Source of the DNA: a bacterium
GTDB taxonomy: Bacteria > UBA8248
Assembly: GCA_965261085.1 (NCBI GenBank)
Contig: OZ253442.1
Location: 3,424,001-3,488,000, forward strand
Reading direction: 5' to 3'
Length of the DNA stretch: 64,000 nucleotides
The position numbers and the translations under genes are program-made. Below, piece by piece: positions 1 through 10,738 of the stretch. Under the pieces are notes generated by a model, which saw nothing but the letters and a program-made list of their open reading frames with translations, ran no database searches and was not told where the DNA came from. Every line of letters starts with the position of its first letter. Within the stretch, counting starts at the first letter, position 1.

Positions 1-235
1 GGCGCGTTCCCCCCGCGAGCGAGCGCATGCTCGAGCGCTGAATTGTGGGGCCGTCCGCCAGCGGATCGCTGAAGGGAACCCCTATCTCGAAGCCGTCCGC
101 TCCCGCCTCGACCATGAGGGGCAGCAGTTCCCGGGTGAACGCCAAATTCGGATCGCCCGCAGTGACGAACGGGAACAGACCGGCCCGCCCTTCTGTGCGC
201 AAACGGGAGAAACACGTCTCCAGCCTATCACCCAT
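1..235 (-). CDS. trpA: Tryptophan synthase alpha chain, 5' part (runs off the window start)
   Basis: Manual translation from ATG at 235: [29 protein letters not shown]...FEIGVPFSDPLADGPTIQRSS, the TrpA signature. Start overlaps the trpB stop (TAATG). Not in the ORF track. Confidence 0.95.
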   Translation of the reverse strand, partial: MGDRLETCFSRLRTEGRAGLFPFVTAGDPNLAFTRELLPLMVEAGADGFEIGVPFSDPLADGPTIQRSSMRSLAGGTR

Positions 236-1452
236 TATCGCACGTCCTCGTCATCGAGCATTTCCGTCAAAAGCCCCTCCGCCTGATGCACATCCTTATC
301 CCCCCGGCCTGAGAGGCATAGCACCACTGTCTTCATCTCGCCCGCTTCCCTCGTCTCCTCGGCCAGACGGTCCAGATAGGAAATCGCGTGGGCGCTCTCG
401 AAGGCGGGAATGATGCCCTCCAGCACCGAGAGTTTCTGAAATGACTTGAGCGCATCGTGGTCTTCCACCGTCACATAGCGCGCGCGCCCGGAATCCTTGA
501 AATATGAATGCTCAGGCCCCACACCCGGATAATCGAGCCCTGCCGACACCGAATGCGCCGGGATGATCTGCCCATCATCGTCATAGAGCAGGAACGTCTC
601 GCAGCCATGCAAAACGCCCACGCGGCCTGCGGTCAACGACGCGCCGTGCTCCTCGGTGTCCAGACCCCGGCCCCCGGCTTCCACGCCGATGAGTTCGACG
701 TCCGCATCATCCACGAAGGGATGGAACAAGCCGATTGAATTGCTGCCGCCTCCCACGCAGGCTACGCAAGCGTCGGGAAGCCGACCCTCCGCCTCCATAA
801 TCTGCGCGCGCGCCTCGCGCCCGATGACGGACTGGAAATCGCGTATCATCTCGGGAAACGGATGCGGCCCCACCACCGAACCGATGATGTAGTGGGTCGT
901 TCGCACCGAAGCCGTCCAGTCGCGCAGCGTTTCGTTCGTGGCGTCCTTCAAGGTCTTGCTGCCCGAGGTGACCGGAATCACCCGCGCGCCCAGAAGGCGC
1001 ATGCGGAACACGTTGAGCGATTGCCTGCCGATGTCCTCCTCGCCCATGTAGACGTCACACTCCAGTCCGAAGAGCGCCGCCGCCGTGGCGGTGGCCACCC
1101 CGTGCTGGCCCGCCCCCGTCTCCGCGATAATGCGCGTTTTCCCCAGCCTCCTTGCCAGAAGTACCTGGGCGAGCGTGTTGTTTATCTTATGGGCCCCCGT
1201 GTGGCAGAGGTCTTCACGCTTGAGATAGACCCTGAGCACGCCCAAATAATCGGACAGGCGCTCCGCCAGATACAGCGGCGTGGGCCTGCCCACGAATTCT
1301 CTCAGGTAACCGGCGAGTTCTTCGTGATACGCCGGATCGTTCCGGGCCTCCTGATACGCTTGCTCGAGTTCATCGAGGGCGGGCATGAGGGTTTCCGGGA
1401 CATAGCGCCCCCCGAATCGACCGAACCTTCCCTTGGAGACCAACTCGCTCAT
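235..1452 (-). CDS. trpB: Tryptophan synthase beta chain
   Basis: [26 protein letters not shown] (PLP lysine), [22 protein letters not shown]. Confidence 0.98.
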   Translation of the reverse strand: MSELVSKGRFGRFGGRYVPETLMPALDELEQAYQEARNDPAYHEELAGYLREFVGRPTPLYLAERLSDYLGVLRVYLKREDLCHTGAHKINNTLAQVLLARRLGKTRIIAETGAGQHGVATATAAALFGLECDVYMGEEDIGRQSLNVFRMRLLGARVIPVTSGSKTLKDATNETLRDWTASVRTTHYIIGSVVGPHPFPEMIRDFQSVIGREARAQIMEAEGRLPDACVACVGGGSNSIGLFHPFVDDADVELIGVEAGGRGLDTEEHGASLTAGRVGVLHGCETFLLYDDDGQIIPAHSVSAGLDYPGVGPEHSYFKDSGRARYVTVEDHDALKSFQKLSVLEGIIPAFESAHAISYLDRLAEETREAGEMKTVVLCLSGRGDKDVHQAEGLLTEMLDDEDVR

Positions 1453-2099
1453 CTTCTCATTTCCTCAAGCTCAGATATCGCCGCGCGCGCGTTTTGAATA
1501 AAACCGAGGACCCGCTCGGGGTCTTTGCGGGCCAAAATCGCGCCCTCCACTCCGCTGCTCGAATCCACCCCATAAGGCTGAACGCTCCTCACGGCGTCCG
1601 TTACGTTCTCCGGCTTAAGCCCCCCCGAGAGTATGATGGGCCTTGCGCCGGCCACCTGCCGGGCTAATCCCCAGTCGAAGGTCTCGCCCGTACCCCCGAG
1701 CGCGCCCTTCACGTAGGCGTCCAGCAATATGGCGCAATCGGGGAAGGCGTCTATTTGCGCTATCGTTTCGGGCCCTTTAACCCTCAAGGCCCGAATCACG
1801 CGCAAGCCCCGCTCGATGAGCCAGCGGCAATCGGCGGGCGTTTCATCTCCATGAAGCTGCGCCGCGTCCAAACCGACGCGACCGGCAATTTCCATCACGC
1901 GTTCGGGGGTCTCGTTCACGAAAACGCCCACCCGTGTTCCGAAAGGAGGCAGCGCCTCGGCTATCTCCCTCGCCTGCTCTACTTCCAGACACCGGGGGGT
2001 GCCGGGAACGAAATTGAGCCCCAGGGCGTCGGCGCCTGCTTCCAGGGCGAATTCCGCGTCCTCGACGGTCGTGACTCCACAAATCTTCACGCGGATCAT
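1449..2099 (-). CDS. trpF: Phosphoribosylanthranilate isomerase
   Basis: [31 protein letters not shown]; start placed at MIRVK; 4-nt overlap with trpB. Confidence 0.96.
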   Translation of the reverse strand: MIRVKICGVTTVEDAEFALEAGADALGLNFVPGTPRCLEVEQAREIAEALPPFGTRVGVFVNETPERVMEIAGRVGLDAAQLHGDETPADCRWLIERGLRVIRALRVKGPETIAQIDAFPDCAILLDAYVKGALGGTGETFDWGLARQVAGARPIILSGGLKPENVTDAVRSVQPYGVDSSSGVEGAILARKDPERVLGFIQNARAAISELEEMRR

Positions 2100-2282
2100 A
2101 GCGCGAAACCCTCCCGAGCAGAGCAGCATTTATAGCACAGAGTCGAAGCGCAAGCCTAGCGCAAAGGGTGCGATATGAGCGATACGGGCAACAAGGCGAG
2201 AAGATTGATCGAACGGAGGAAGTGGAGTTATTCATCAGGCTTTGAGGATGCAACTTACAAGGGAGAGGGAAGGGTCGGTCGG

Positions 2283-2996
2283 TTAGCCGCCACCGAGGTA
2301 CATCATCTTGACTTCCGGGTTGTTCAGGAGTTCATGGCCGCCGCCCTGATAGCGATTCCTGCCGAGTTCGAGCACATAGGCGCGGTCCGAAATCTCCAGG
2401 GCGCGAGCGGCATTCTGCTCGACGAGCATGATGGTCAGCCCCTCTTTGGCGAGGCCCACGATTTTCTCGAACACTTCGGTCACGAAGCGGGGACTCAAGC
2501 CCAGGGACGGCTCATCGAGCATGATCATCTTGGGTCTCGTCATCAGGGCGCGGCCCATGGCCAGCATCTGCTGCTCACCGCCGCTCATGGTGCCCCCCAA
2601 CTGCTTTTGCCGCTCACCGAGGCGAGGGAACAGGGTGAAAACAAAATCCATCGCATCATTGATTTTCTTCTGATCACGCTCGATATAGGCGCCCATCTCC
2701 AGGTTTTCCTTGACCGACATCTGATTGAAGACGATGCGCCCCTGGGGCACATAGCCCAGCCCCCGGCCCAGAATCTGATCCGGACGATAGCCCACGATGT
2801 TCTGATCCTCAAACTGGATCTCACCGCCCAGATAGTTGATAAAGCCCATGATAATTTTGAAAGTAGTGGATTTGCCCGCGCCGTTCGGCCCGATGACTGC
2901 CACCACCTCTTTTTCGTTCACGTGGAGCGACACGTCGTGGAGTATCTGGATTCGGCCATACGCCGCGTTGACGTCCTTGAGTTCTAGTAGCGCCAT
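2283..2996 (-). CDS. livF: Branched-chain amino acid-type ABC transporter ATPase
   Basis: Walker A GPNGAGKST, MSGGEQQMLAMGRALM, LDEPSLGL, LVEQNA. Confidence 0.9.
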   Translation of the reverse strand: MALLELKDVNAAYGRIQILHDVSLHVNEKEVVAVIGPNGAGKSTTFKIIMGFINYLGGEIQFEDQNIVGYRPDQILGRGLGYVPQGRIVFNQMSVKENLEMGAYIERDQKKINDAMDFVFTLFPRLGERQKQLGGTMSGGEQQMLAMGRALMTRPKMIMLDEPSLGLSPRFVTEVFEKIVGLAKEGLTIMLVEQNAARALEISDRAYVLELGRNRYQGGGHELLNNPEVKMMYLGGG

Positions 2997-3722
2997 TTAT
3001 TTATGTCCAAAATATGCTTCGATGACTTCTTCGTTTTTTTGAATGTCCTCGGGCAGACCTTCGGCGATTTTCACGCCGTAGTCCAACACGAACACCATGT
3101 CGCAGTGGTTCATGATCACGTTCATATCGTGCTCGACGATGAGCACCGTCTTTCCCTGATCTTCTTGAAGATGATGGATGTGGTCGAGCAAGTTGTTGAG
3201 CAAGGTTCTGTTGACGCCGGCCGCCGGTTCATCGAGCAGAATGAGGTCCGGGTCCGTCATCAAGGCGCGCGCGAATTCGAGAAGTTTTTGCTGCCCATAG
3301 GAGAGGTTTCCCCCATACTCGCCGCGAAGTTTCGTGAGCGTGACGAACTCCATCAGTTGCTCCGCCCTCACGCGCGCCTCGCGCAGGGGCATCTTCATGC
3401 TCGATGCGGAAAGCATATTCTCGAACACCGTCATTTCGCGATAGATGCGGGTAATCTGGAAGGTGCGGCTGATACCCTTGTTGAAAATTTTATGGGGCTT
3501 TAGGCCGACGATATCCTCTCCGTTGTACAACACGGAGCCGCTGTCCGCCTGGAGAACACCCGTGAGCAGATTGAACGTGGTGGTTTTGCCTGAGCCGTTC
3601 GGTCCGATCAGGCCCGATATCTTGCCCTTGGGCACCTCAAAGGTGCACCCATCCACCGCCTTGATGCCGCCAAAGTATTTTTTCAGGTCTCGAATTTCGA
3701 GAGCAATTTCCGCTTCGGCCAT
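2997..3722 (-). CDS. livG: Branched-chain amino acid-type ABC transporter ATPase
   Basis: GPNGSGKTT, RTFQ, LSYGQQKLLE, LDEPAAG, VEHDM, VIEAYFG. Confidence 0.9.
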   Translation of the reverse strand: MAEAEIALEIRDLKKYFGGIKAVDGCTFEVPKGKISGLIGPNGSGKTTTFNLLTGVLQADSGSVLYNGEDIVGLKPHKIFNKGISRTFQITRIYREMTVFENMLSASSMKMPLREARVRAEQLMEFVTLTKLRGEYGGNLSYGQQKLLEFARALMTDPDLILLDEPAAGVNRTLLNNLLDHIHHLQEDQGKTVLIVEHDMNVIMNHCDMVFVLDYGVKIAEGLPEDIQKNEEVIEAYFGHK

Positions 3723-3743
3723 TTTCTCGCGCTGCTCCGTTTC

Positions 3744-4682
3744 TTAGTGAACCATTCCCTTACGCGCCCAGCCCCTATTGATGGCGAATCCCATCAGCCC
3801 GCGCGGCATGAACCGGGCCACGAGGATGATGAAGAGCCCGAAGGCGATGAGGTGGGCCGTGGGGAACTCCACCCAGGTAATTTCCTGAACGATATACAAG
3901 ATGAATGTGCCCAGGATGGGGCCAATCACCGTTCCCTTGCCGCCGAACATGGCGAAGAGCTTCATGTAGATGGTGATGAGGATGAAGAATTCGGTTTCGG
4001 GGTCGATATAGAGAATCTTGTACGCCTGAATGCCGCCGGCCGCCGCCGGGAAGATGGCGGAGAGGGCGAAGGCGGAGAGCTTGTAGAACGTGGTGTTGAT
4101 ACCCAGGCTCTCCGCTGCGATTTCGTCCTCGCGTATGGCGTTCAGACGGATCCCGAACCTCGAGTGCCCTACCCAGTAGGACACTCCAATGGTGACCAGC
4201 ATGACCACCAGCATGGCGAAATAGGTTTCAAACGAGTTCTCTATGTTGGGCAGCCCGATTCCCAGACCGCCGTGGGTGAGGCTCTCCCACACCGTGGCCA
4301 CCACGCGCGTACCCTCCGCGGCGCCGAGCATGGCGATAGCAAAATATGGGCCTTTGAGGCGCAAAACCGGAAAACCGATACCCAGGGAGACCACGAAGGA
4401 AACGAACATGCCCATGAAAAGGGTCGGTATCCAGTGCCAGCCGTAGTCCACCACCAGAATACCCGTGGCGTATGCGCCGATGCCGTAGAACATCACATGG
4501 CCGAACGACACGTAGCCCGTATAGCCGCTGATGATGTTCCAACTCAAGGCGAGGACGACGTACATCATCGTGAACATGATAACGGAGCGCTGATACAGAT
4601 TGATCTGCGAGGGCAACGCACACAGGATGATTATGAATATGGCCAGCATTCCAAAGTTGCGCAGGTGCTCTTTTTGGGCCAT
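3744..4682 (-). CDS. livM: Liv-type ABC transporter permease
   Basis: GYTGYVSFGH, LRLKGPYFAI, AIREDEIAAESLGIN; hydrophobic; operon context. Confidence 0.88.
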   Translation of the reverse strand: MAQKEHLRNFGMLAIFIIILCALPSQINLYQRSVIMFTMMYVVLALSWNIISGYTGYVSFGHVMFYGIGAYATGILVVDYGWHWIPTLFMGMFVSFVVSLGIGFPVLRLKGPYFAIAMLGAAEGTRVVATVWESLTHGGLGIGLPNIENSFETYFAMLVVMLVTIGVSYWVGHSRFGIRLNAIREDEIAAESLGINTTFYKLSAFALSAIFPAAAGGIQAYKILYIDPETEFFILITIYMKLFAMFGGKGTVIGPILGTFILYIVQEITWVEFPTAHLIAFGLFIILVARFMPRGLMGFAINRGWARKGMVH

Positions 4683-4693
4683 TCAGATCTCTC

Positions 4694-5683
4694 CTAGGTT
4701 TCTTTCGGCCCCATCAGGCCGCGAGGCCTGATAAGCAGCACGAATACCATCAATCCGTAGGACGCAATTTCCACCATGGCGGTGCCGTTGGGAATCATGA
4801 AGGAAATGAGGCTCTCGATCACCGCGAGCATGATCCCTCCAATGAGCGCACCGATGTAGTGGCCCCTGCCTCCAAGCACGATAATGGCGAAGGCTTGCAG
4901 CGTATACAAAACACCCGTTTCCGGGTTGAAGCCGAATTGAATCGACACCAGGGCGCCGCCCGCCACCGCAAGCGCCGCGGCGAGACCCGAGGTGATCATA
5001 TAGATATTATAAATGTTGATGCCGCAGACCATCGCGACGTCGGCGTTTTGCGCCGTAGCGCGTATGGCCTTGCCGATGCGGTGCATTTTCAGGAAAAAGA
5101 ACACGCTGAAGGATATGAAAGCGGCCATCACGAAACTGATGATCTTACTCCTGCCCACTGCGATGGACTCGGTGATTTGCAACGCGTCGGGGGCGTAGGG
5201 GATGGTCCGGTAATCCGTGGTGAAGACGGCTTCCACGATATGAATGATCGTGAGGCCCAGGCCGAATGTTATCAGCAAGGGCGTCAGTTCCGGCCCGCCC
5301 ACCACGGCGTTCAAGAGCAGCTTTTGAATCAGGACGCCGATGACGAAAGCGATGGGGAGCGTGAGGAACAAGGCGAGGAGCGGGTCGATTCCCACGTAGA
5401 AGAAGAACATCCAGGTCAGGTAAGCGCCCAGCATCACCAGCTCGCCGTGCGCCACGTTGATGATGCGCATGACGCCGAAGATGAGTGTGAGCCCCACGGC
5501 GAACATGGCGTATACGCCGCCCTGCATGAAGCCGTTCAGGATGACGGTGGTCAGATCCGCCAGCCACTGAAGGTCAAAGATGACGTTATCCGTATAAATT
5601 CCGATACCGAATGGAACGGTGTACGCCCCAACCAAAAACACCGCCAACCTGTATTTGCTACGGATTTCAGCTTTTTCCTGCAT
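4694..5683 (-). CDS. livH: Liv-type ABC transporter permease
   Basis: GLTLIFGVMRIINVAHGE, GKAIRATAQN; hydrophobic; operon context. Confidence 0.88.
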   Translation of the reverse strand: MQEKAEIRSKYRLAVFLVGAYTVPFGIGIYTDNVIFDLQWLADLTTVILNGFMQGGVYAMFAVGLTLIFGVMRIINVAHGELVMLGAYLTWMFFFYVGIDPLLALFLTLPIAFVIGVLIQKLLLNAVVGGPELTPLLITFGLGLTIIHIVEAVFTTDYRTIPYAPDALQITESIAVGRSKIISFVMAAFISFSVFFFLKMHRIGKAIRATAQNADVAMVCGINIYNIYMITSGLAAALAVAGGALVSIQFGFNPETGVLYTLQAFAIIVLGGRGHYIGALIGGIMLAVIESLISFMIPNGTAMVEIASYGLMVFVLLIRPRGLMGPKET

Positions 5684-5733
5684 GAGAAATCATGTCCTCG
5701 GAATACGACACAAAAAAACCGGATACTTTCGCC

Positions 5734-5770
5734 TTCGCGCCGGAGCCGCTTTTAACAACCCCGGCGCGAA
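5734..5770 (-). terminator. Intergenic stem-loop between the binding-protein gene and livH (partial terminator or mRNA stabiliser)
   Basis: Perfect 10-bp inverted repeat ttcgcgccgg (5734-5743) / ccggcgcgaa (5761-5770); a T run follows shortly after on the minus strand. Confidence 0.4.
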
Positions 5771-5810
5771 AGTTCAAGTGTTTATTGCATTTTCGCGTTT
5801 AATAAAACCC

Positions 5811-7007
5811 TTAGTTCTTGCCTCTTTCTTTCCAACTCGGCATCGGCAGCTTGTAGGGGACTTCCGATATCTTCTTGGGCCACACGATCTTGCGCTCGCC
5901 GTTCAAGATCTGGAAGGTCAAGCCCTCGTGATTGTTCATGTTGGTGTCATCCACTTTCCAGGGGCCGATGACGGTCATGGTCTTCATGGTGCGCAACGTC
6001 TTCCACACCTTGTCCCGGTCCGCGGAGCCGGCTCGTTTCACCGCCTCGCCGAAAACCTGCATGGACGCATAGGACTGACCCGCGTGATAGTTCGGCTTCA
6101 CGCCGTAGCGCTTCTCATACGCCGCGATGAACTCCGTCATGCCGGGCCTCTTGAGAATGGCCGGCTTCGGTTCCCACTGGCTGAAGCCCAGAACGTATTC
6201 CGCCGTGTTGCCAAGCTGCTTGGCGAATTTCGGCAGACCCGGGCCGACGGTTCCGGCGAAAATCTTGAGGTTGATGTTGAGTTCGCGAAGCTGGCGAATC
6301 TGAGCCGCAGCGTCCGCGAAGTAGCTGTTCGAGATGAGCGCTTCCGCGCGACGCGCCTTGATCTTTTGCAGCAGCCCGGTGAAGTCGGTCTGCTTGCGCG
6401 GATAGTTCTCGTTCAACACCACTTTCAGCCCAAGCTTCTTCGCCCACGCCACGGCGCCCTCTGCAGACTGGCGCGGGAAGAGGCTGTCCTCGCCGACGAT
6501 GGCGATACGCTTCACGCCGATGTCCTTGGCGATGTGAAGCGCGCCCTTCTGGTAGTCCTGGGCGACGGCGATGATGTCGAAGAGATACTTACGGCCTTTC
6601 TTCCAGATGATGCCCGAGGCGGCGCCCGGCGCCATCGTGGGGTACTTGTACCTTTCGAGCACGTTGGCCACGGCGTCGGTGATGCCGCTGGAATAGGGGC
6701 CCATGGTCAGGTCCACCTTGTCCTGCGTGATGAGCTTCTCATAGAGCTTGATGCTCGTCTGCTTGTCCGATTTGTCGTCCATCATGATTAAATCGATTTT
6801 CTTGCCGTTCCACCCACCCTTGGCGTTCATCTGATCCACGTACAGATTGTAGGAGTTCACCATACGTCCGGCGGGCTCGGCGTAGCGGCCCGTCCGCGAA
6901 ATGGCGATTCCCAGAGTGATCTTGTCCGCCGCGACGCTTTTCTCCACGAAGGGAGCAGCCGTCAGGGCGATAACAAAGCCGAAAAACAAAACCAGGCTTT
7001 TCTTCAT
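5811..7007 (-). CDS. Amino acid ABC transporter substrate-binding protein (Liv family), copy 1
   Basis: Signal peptide, SRTGRYA, DDKSD, GPYSSG; adjacent to livHMGF. Confidence 0.9.
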   Translation of the reverse strand: MKKSLVLFFGFVIALTAAPFVEKSVAADKITLGIAISRTGRYAEPAGRMVNSYNLYVDQMNAKGGWNGKKIDLIMMDDKSDKQTSIKLYEKLITQDKVDLTMGPYSSGITDAVANVLERYKYPTMAPGAASGIIWKKGRKYLFDIIAVAQDYQKGALHIAKDIGVKRIAIVGEDSLFPRQSAEGAVAWAKKLGLKVVLNENYPRKQTDFTGLLQKIKARRAEALISNSYFADAAAQIRQLRELNINLKIFAGTVGPGLPKFAKQLGNTAEYVLGFSQWEPKPAILKRPGMTEFIAAYEKRYGVKPNYHAGQSYASMQVFGEAVKRAGSADRDKVWKTLRTMKTMTVIGPWKVDDTNMNNHEGLTFQILNGERKIVWPKKISEVPYKLPMPSWKERGKN

Positions 7008-7323
7008 GTTTTAGACTCCTCTGATAGTGAACAAAATTCTGCTGCTATGTTAAAGATTTTTTCCGCCTACACGATATCCAATCATGTTCGGGTGGCTCCG
7101 CCTTCCAAAAAAGCAGCCACGCAATGCACGCTTGGTTCCTTGATAGGTGCGTTATGATACGCATATAGATTCATATGTCAAAGGGTTTTTTTGAACAAAT
7201 CAAGGAGTATCACCTCCAAAAAGCGCATCCTCCAGGTCCAAAACCCCCGCCCCACGCAAAACAGACGCGGAGCGGGAGTCGATGCGCTTCAGTTAGAGAC
7301 CTCTGTTTATCCCCTCCGCCTGC

Positions 7324-8517
7324 CTAGTTCTTGGACCTCTCGTTCCACTTGGGCATCGGCAGCTTGTAGGGAACTTCCGCTACCTTCTTCGGCCAGACGA
7401 TCTTGCGCTGGCCATCGAGAATCTGGAAGGTCAGGCCGTCATGATCGTTGAGATTTCTGTCATCCACCTTCCATTTCCCCATAACGGTCTGGAACTGCGA
7501 GGTGCGCAGCGCCTTCCAGACCTTCTGGCGATCAAAGGAGCCCGCCTTCTTGATCGCCTGGGTCGTAATCTGCATCGCCACCCAGGCGATTCCGGCGTGG
7601 TAGTTCGGCTTGATACCGTGGCGTTTCACGTACGAGTCGATGAAATGCTTCATGCCCGGGAATTTGAGTATTTCGGGGCGCGGCTCCCACTGGCTGAAGC
7701 CCAGAACGTATTCCGCCGTGCTGCCGAGCTGCTTGGCGAATTTAGGCAGACCCGGGCCGACGGTTCCGGCGAAAATCTTGAGGTTGATGTTGAGCTCCCT
7801 AAGCTGGCGAATCTGCGCCACGGAATCCGCGAAGTAGCTGTTCGAGATGAGCGCTTCCGCGCGGCGCGCCTTGATTTTTTGCAACATCGCGGTGAAGTCG
7901 GTCTGTTTGCGCGGATAGTTCTCGTTCAACACTACTTCGATGCCGAGCTTCTTCGCCCACTCCATGGCGCCCTCGGCCGACTGCCTGGGGAAAAGGCTGT
8001 CCTCGCCGACGATGGCGATGCGCTTCACGCCGATGTCTTTCGCCATGAAAATCGCGCCCCTTTGATAGTTCTGGGCGATGGCGTTTTGGTTGAAGATGTA
8101 TTTTCTACCCTTCAGCCACACCACCTTGGAGGAGGCGCCCGGCGCCAGCGTGGGGTACTTGTACCTTTCCAGCACGTTGGCCACGGCGTCGGTGATGCCG
8201 CTCGAGTAGGGCCCGAGCGTGAGATCGACCTTGTCCTGCGTGATGAGCTTCTCATAGAGCTTGATGCTGGTCTGCTTGTCCGATTTGTCGTCCATGAGAA
8301 CGAGTTTAATCTTCTTGCCCAACAGGCCGCCCTTGGCGTTTTGCTGATCGGTGAACAACTTGTAGGCGTTCGTGAACCTGCCGGCGGGCTCCGCATAGCG
8401 GCCCGTCTGGGAGAGGGCCCCGCCGAAGACGATTTCGTTCGCCGCCAGGGCCGGGGTGGTGAAGAGCGCCGTCGTCACCAAAAACGCGATTGTGATGAAA
8501 ATGCGAGTCATTTTCAT
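7324..8517 (-). CDS. Amino acid ABC transporter substrate-binding protein (Liv family), copy 2
   Basis: Close paralogue of 5811-7007 with long identical blocks; signal peptide. Confidence 0.9.
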   Translation of the reverse strand: MKMTRIFITIAFLVTTALFTTPALAANEIVFGGALSQTGRYAEPAGRFTNAYKLFTDQQNAKGGLLGKKIKLVLMDDKSDKQTSIKLYEKLITQDKVDLTLGPYSSGITDAVANVLERYKYPTLAPGASSKVVWLKGRKYIFNQNAIAQNYQRGAIFMAKDIGVKRIAIVGEDSLFPRQSAEGAMEWAKKLGIEVVLNENYPRKQTDFTAMLQKIKARRAEALISNSYFADSVAQIRQLRELNINLKIFAGTVGPGLPKFAKQLGSTAEYVLGFSQWEPRPEILKFPGMKHFIDSYVKRHGIKPNYHAGIAWVAMQITTQAIKKAGSFDRQKVWKALRTSQFQTVMGKWKVDDRNLNDHDGLTFQILDGQRKIVWPKKVAEVPYKLPMPKWNERSKN

Positions 8518-8703
8518 TTCATATCCCCCTTAAAAGGTGTGAAAAAGCATTTGCATCTCACGGCGGAAAATCCGCCCTTTCTTCATATGTTTCCAAAGCA
8601 GGATGAAACGCAACGCCCGCGCACGTCATCATCCAAAGACGCAGCGCCTTCGGCGCAATTTATTGGAGTATAAGATTAAATTCTAACTTGAAGGGGAAAA
8701 AAG

Positions 8704-9165
8704 TCAAATGCGGAAATTCTGGGCTTTTGGAGGCTCCGCCGTATCGGCGTCCACTGCGCATCCCTCCACCCAGGCCACGCCGTCTTCGCCGAACTCCTTC
8801 TTCCATATCGGCACGATCTGCTTGATGCGGTCGATCGCATAGCGGCACGCCTTGAAGGCCGCGTCCCGGTGGGCGGAGGCCGCCGCGATGCCCACCGCAA
8901 TATCGCCAATTGCGAGCGTTCCCACCCGGTGGGCCATCGCCAGATGGGTGACGCCGAAACGCTCTTCGATCTCCTCGGCGACCTGGCGCATCTTCTTCTC
9001 CGCCATCTCGGGATAGGCATGGTACTCAAGATGCGTGACCCCCTGCCCCGCGCTGTGGTTGCGAACCTTGCCCACGAACGTGCAGAGCCCGCCCAGTTCG
9101 GGAGAATCGATGCTGTCCGTCAACTCCTCCATGTCGATGGGGGAATCCGCGATGCGGCAAATCAT
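8704..9165 (-). CDS. moaE: Molybdopterin synthase catalytic subunit
   Basis: TFVGKVRNH, LEYHAYPEMA, HRVGTL, HRDAAF, KQIVPIWKKE; ATGA overlap with the moaD stop. Confidence 0.95.
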   Translation of the reverse strand: MICRIADSPIDMEELTDSIDSPELGGLCTFVGKVRNHSAGQGVTHLEYHAYPEMAEKKMRQVAEEIEERFGVTHLAMAHRVGTLAIGDIAVGIAAASAHRDAAFKACRYAIDRIKQIVPIWKKEFGEDGVAWVEGCAVDADTAEPPKAQNFRI

Positions 9166-9413
9166 GCGCAACCTCCGCTGATGGGCGGAATCAACCCCAG
9201 TTCATCGCCCACCTCCACGGGCGTGCCCTCGCCCGCGAACTCCTGATTAACAGAGACGGCGATGGACTCCATGCGCCCCGAAAAAACCGGAAACCGCTCG
9301 GCGAGACTCTCTCTCAAATCGGCCACCGTGGCGCCTTCGGGCACTTCCAGGTCGATTTCCTCCTCACCCGTCACCTCGCGCGCCCAGGCGAAGCACTTGA
9401 CGCGAACTATCAT
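9162..9413 (-). CDS. moaD: Molybdopterin synthase sulfur carrier subunit
   Basis: MIVRVKCFAWARE...VSVNQEF...GDELGLIPPISGG followed by CA-stop. Confidence 0.92.
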   Translation of the reverse strand: MIVRVKCFAWAREVTGEEEIDLEVPEGATVADLRESLAERFPVFSGRMESIAVSVNQEFAGEGTPVEVGDELGLIPPISGGCA

Positions 9414-9577
9414 ATGACCCCTCACTCTCACTGCTACATGGACGACGACGCCCCTGCTCCTCAAAACAATTCCTACACTCTCCTCTGGATGATAGATATT
9501 CCCACCGGCGGAATCAAGGGGATGCTCCCGCCAATCCGCTCTTCTTGTCCATCTTTTGCGGGTGTATACTCCGCGCC

Positions 9578-10738
9578 ATGAAAATCGCCTCTCATCCCGA
9601 ACTATCCAAAGCCCTTGCGGATGCGCTCGAAAACGGCCCCATCCCCTTTCGCCGCTTCATGGAACTCGCCCTCTATCATCCGGGGGGCGGCTATTATTGC
9701 CGCGAATGCTCGCGGATCGGCCCCGATGGGGATTTCTACACCTCTCCCCACCAAAGCCCCTGGCTCGGGCGGATGATTGCGCCGCTTCTCGATAAAATCC
9801 GGCGGCGCATGGGCGAGGCGCCCTCGCTGAACATTTGGGAGTTTGGCCCGGGAGAGGGATGGCTCGCTTTCGATATCCTCGAATCGATTCGCTCCCCGCA
9901 GGCGGCTTTCGAAGGAGCCATCGCCTATACGTTCGCCGAGCAAAGCGCACAGGCGAGCAAGCGAATACGGGAAAAATTCAAAGATTACGATAACATCCGG
10001 TTTTCAGACCCCGCGGACTACCCGCCCCCGGGCTTCGAGGGCGTCGTGCTCGCCCATGAGTTTCTCGACGCCCTGCCCGTTCACGCCCTCATCCAGAAAA
10101 GAACGCATCTACAAGAAAGATACGTGGCATGGCGGGACGATATGCTTCTCTTCTACGAGGGCGCGCCCACCGATGAGCGCTTAAGCGGCTGGTTCTCCGA
10201 CTTGGGGGTCCGGCTCTCCACCGATCAGATGGCCGAGGCGAACCTGTGCGCCTTCGACTGGGTGAGCGAGGTGGCGCGCCGGATGGAGCGGGGCGCCATA
10301 CTGATCTTCGACTATGGGTTCTCCGCGCGCGTACTCTACGGCCCCACCCGCCCGGATGGCGCGCTGCGCGGCTACAGAAACCATACCCTCGTTAGCGACG
10401 CGCTCTCCCGTCCCGGAGAAACCGACCTCACCACCCACGTCGACTTCACCTCCATCCTGCGAGCGGCTACTTCTCAAGACATGGAACTCGCGGGCTTTAC
10501 GGATCAGACGCGCTTTCTTCTGGGGGCCGGCCTTCCCCAGGCGCTGGATAGCGCAGAGGGTGAGGATGATGAAAAAACGAGGCGCGAGCGCCAGTCTATC
10601 ATGGGCATCATGGACCCCACGGGTCTGGGCGGGGCCATCAAGGTGATGTTGTTGGCCAAAAACCTGGAGCTGAGTGATTTGAGTGAGTTTTCGATGAAGC
10701 CCGACGACAGGGAGTCTCTCGAGACCCTCTTCGGCTAG
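9578..10738 (+). CDS. SAM-dependent methyltransferase, MidA/NDUFAF7 family
   Basis: FMELALYHPGGGYY, GDFYTSP, EFGPGEG, HEFLDALP, FDYG, DLTTHVDF. Confidence 0.9.
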   Translation: MKIASHPELSKALADALENGPIPFRRFMELALYHPGGGYYCRECSRIGPDGDFYTSPHQSPWLGRMIAPLLDKIRRRMGEAPSLNIWEFGPGEGWLAFDILESIRSPQAAFEGAIAYTFAEQSAQASKRIREKFKDYDNIRFSDPADYPPPGFEGVVLAHEFLDALPVHALIQKRTHLQERYVAWRDDMLLFYEGAPTDERLSGWFSDLGVRLSTDQMAEANLCAFDWVSEVARRMERGAILIFDYGFSARVLYGPTRPDGALRGYRNHTLVSDALSRPGETDLTTHVDFTSILRAATSQDMELAGFTDQTRFLLGAGLPQALDSAEGEDDEKTRRERQSIMGIMDPTGLGGAIKVMLLAKNLELSDLSEFSMKPDDRESLETLFG

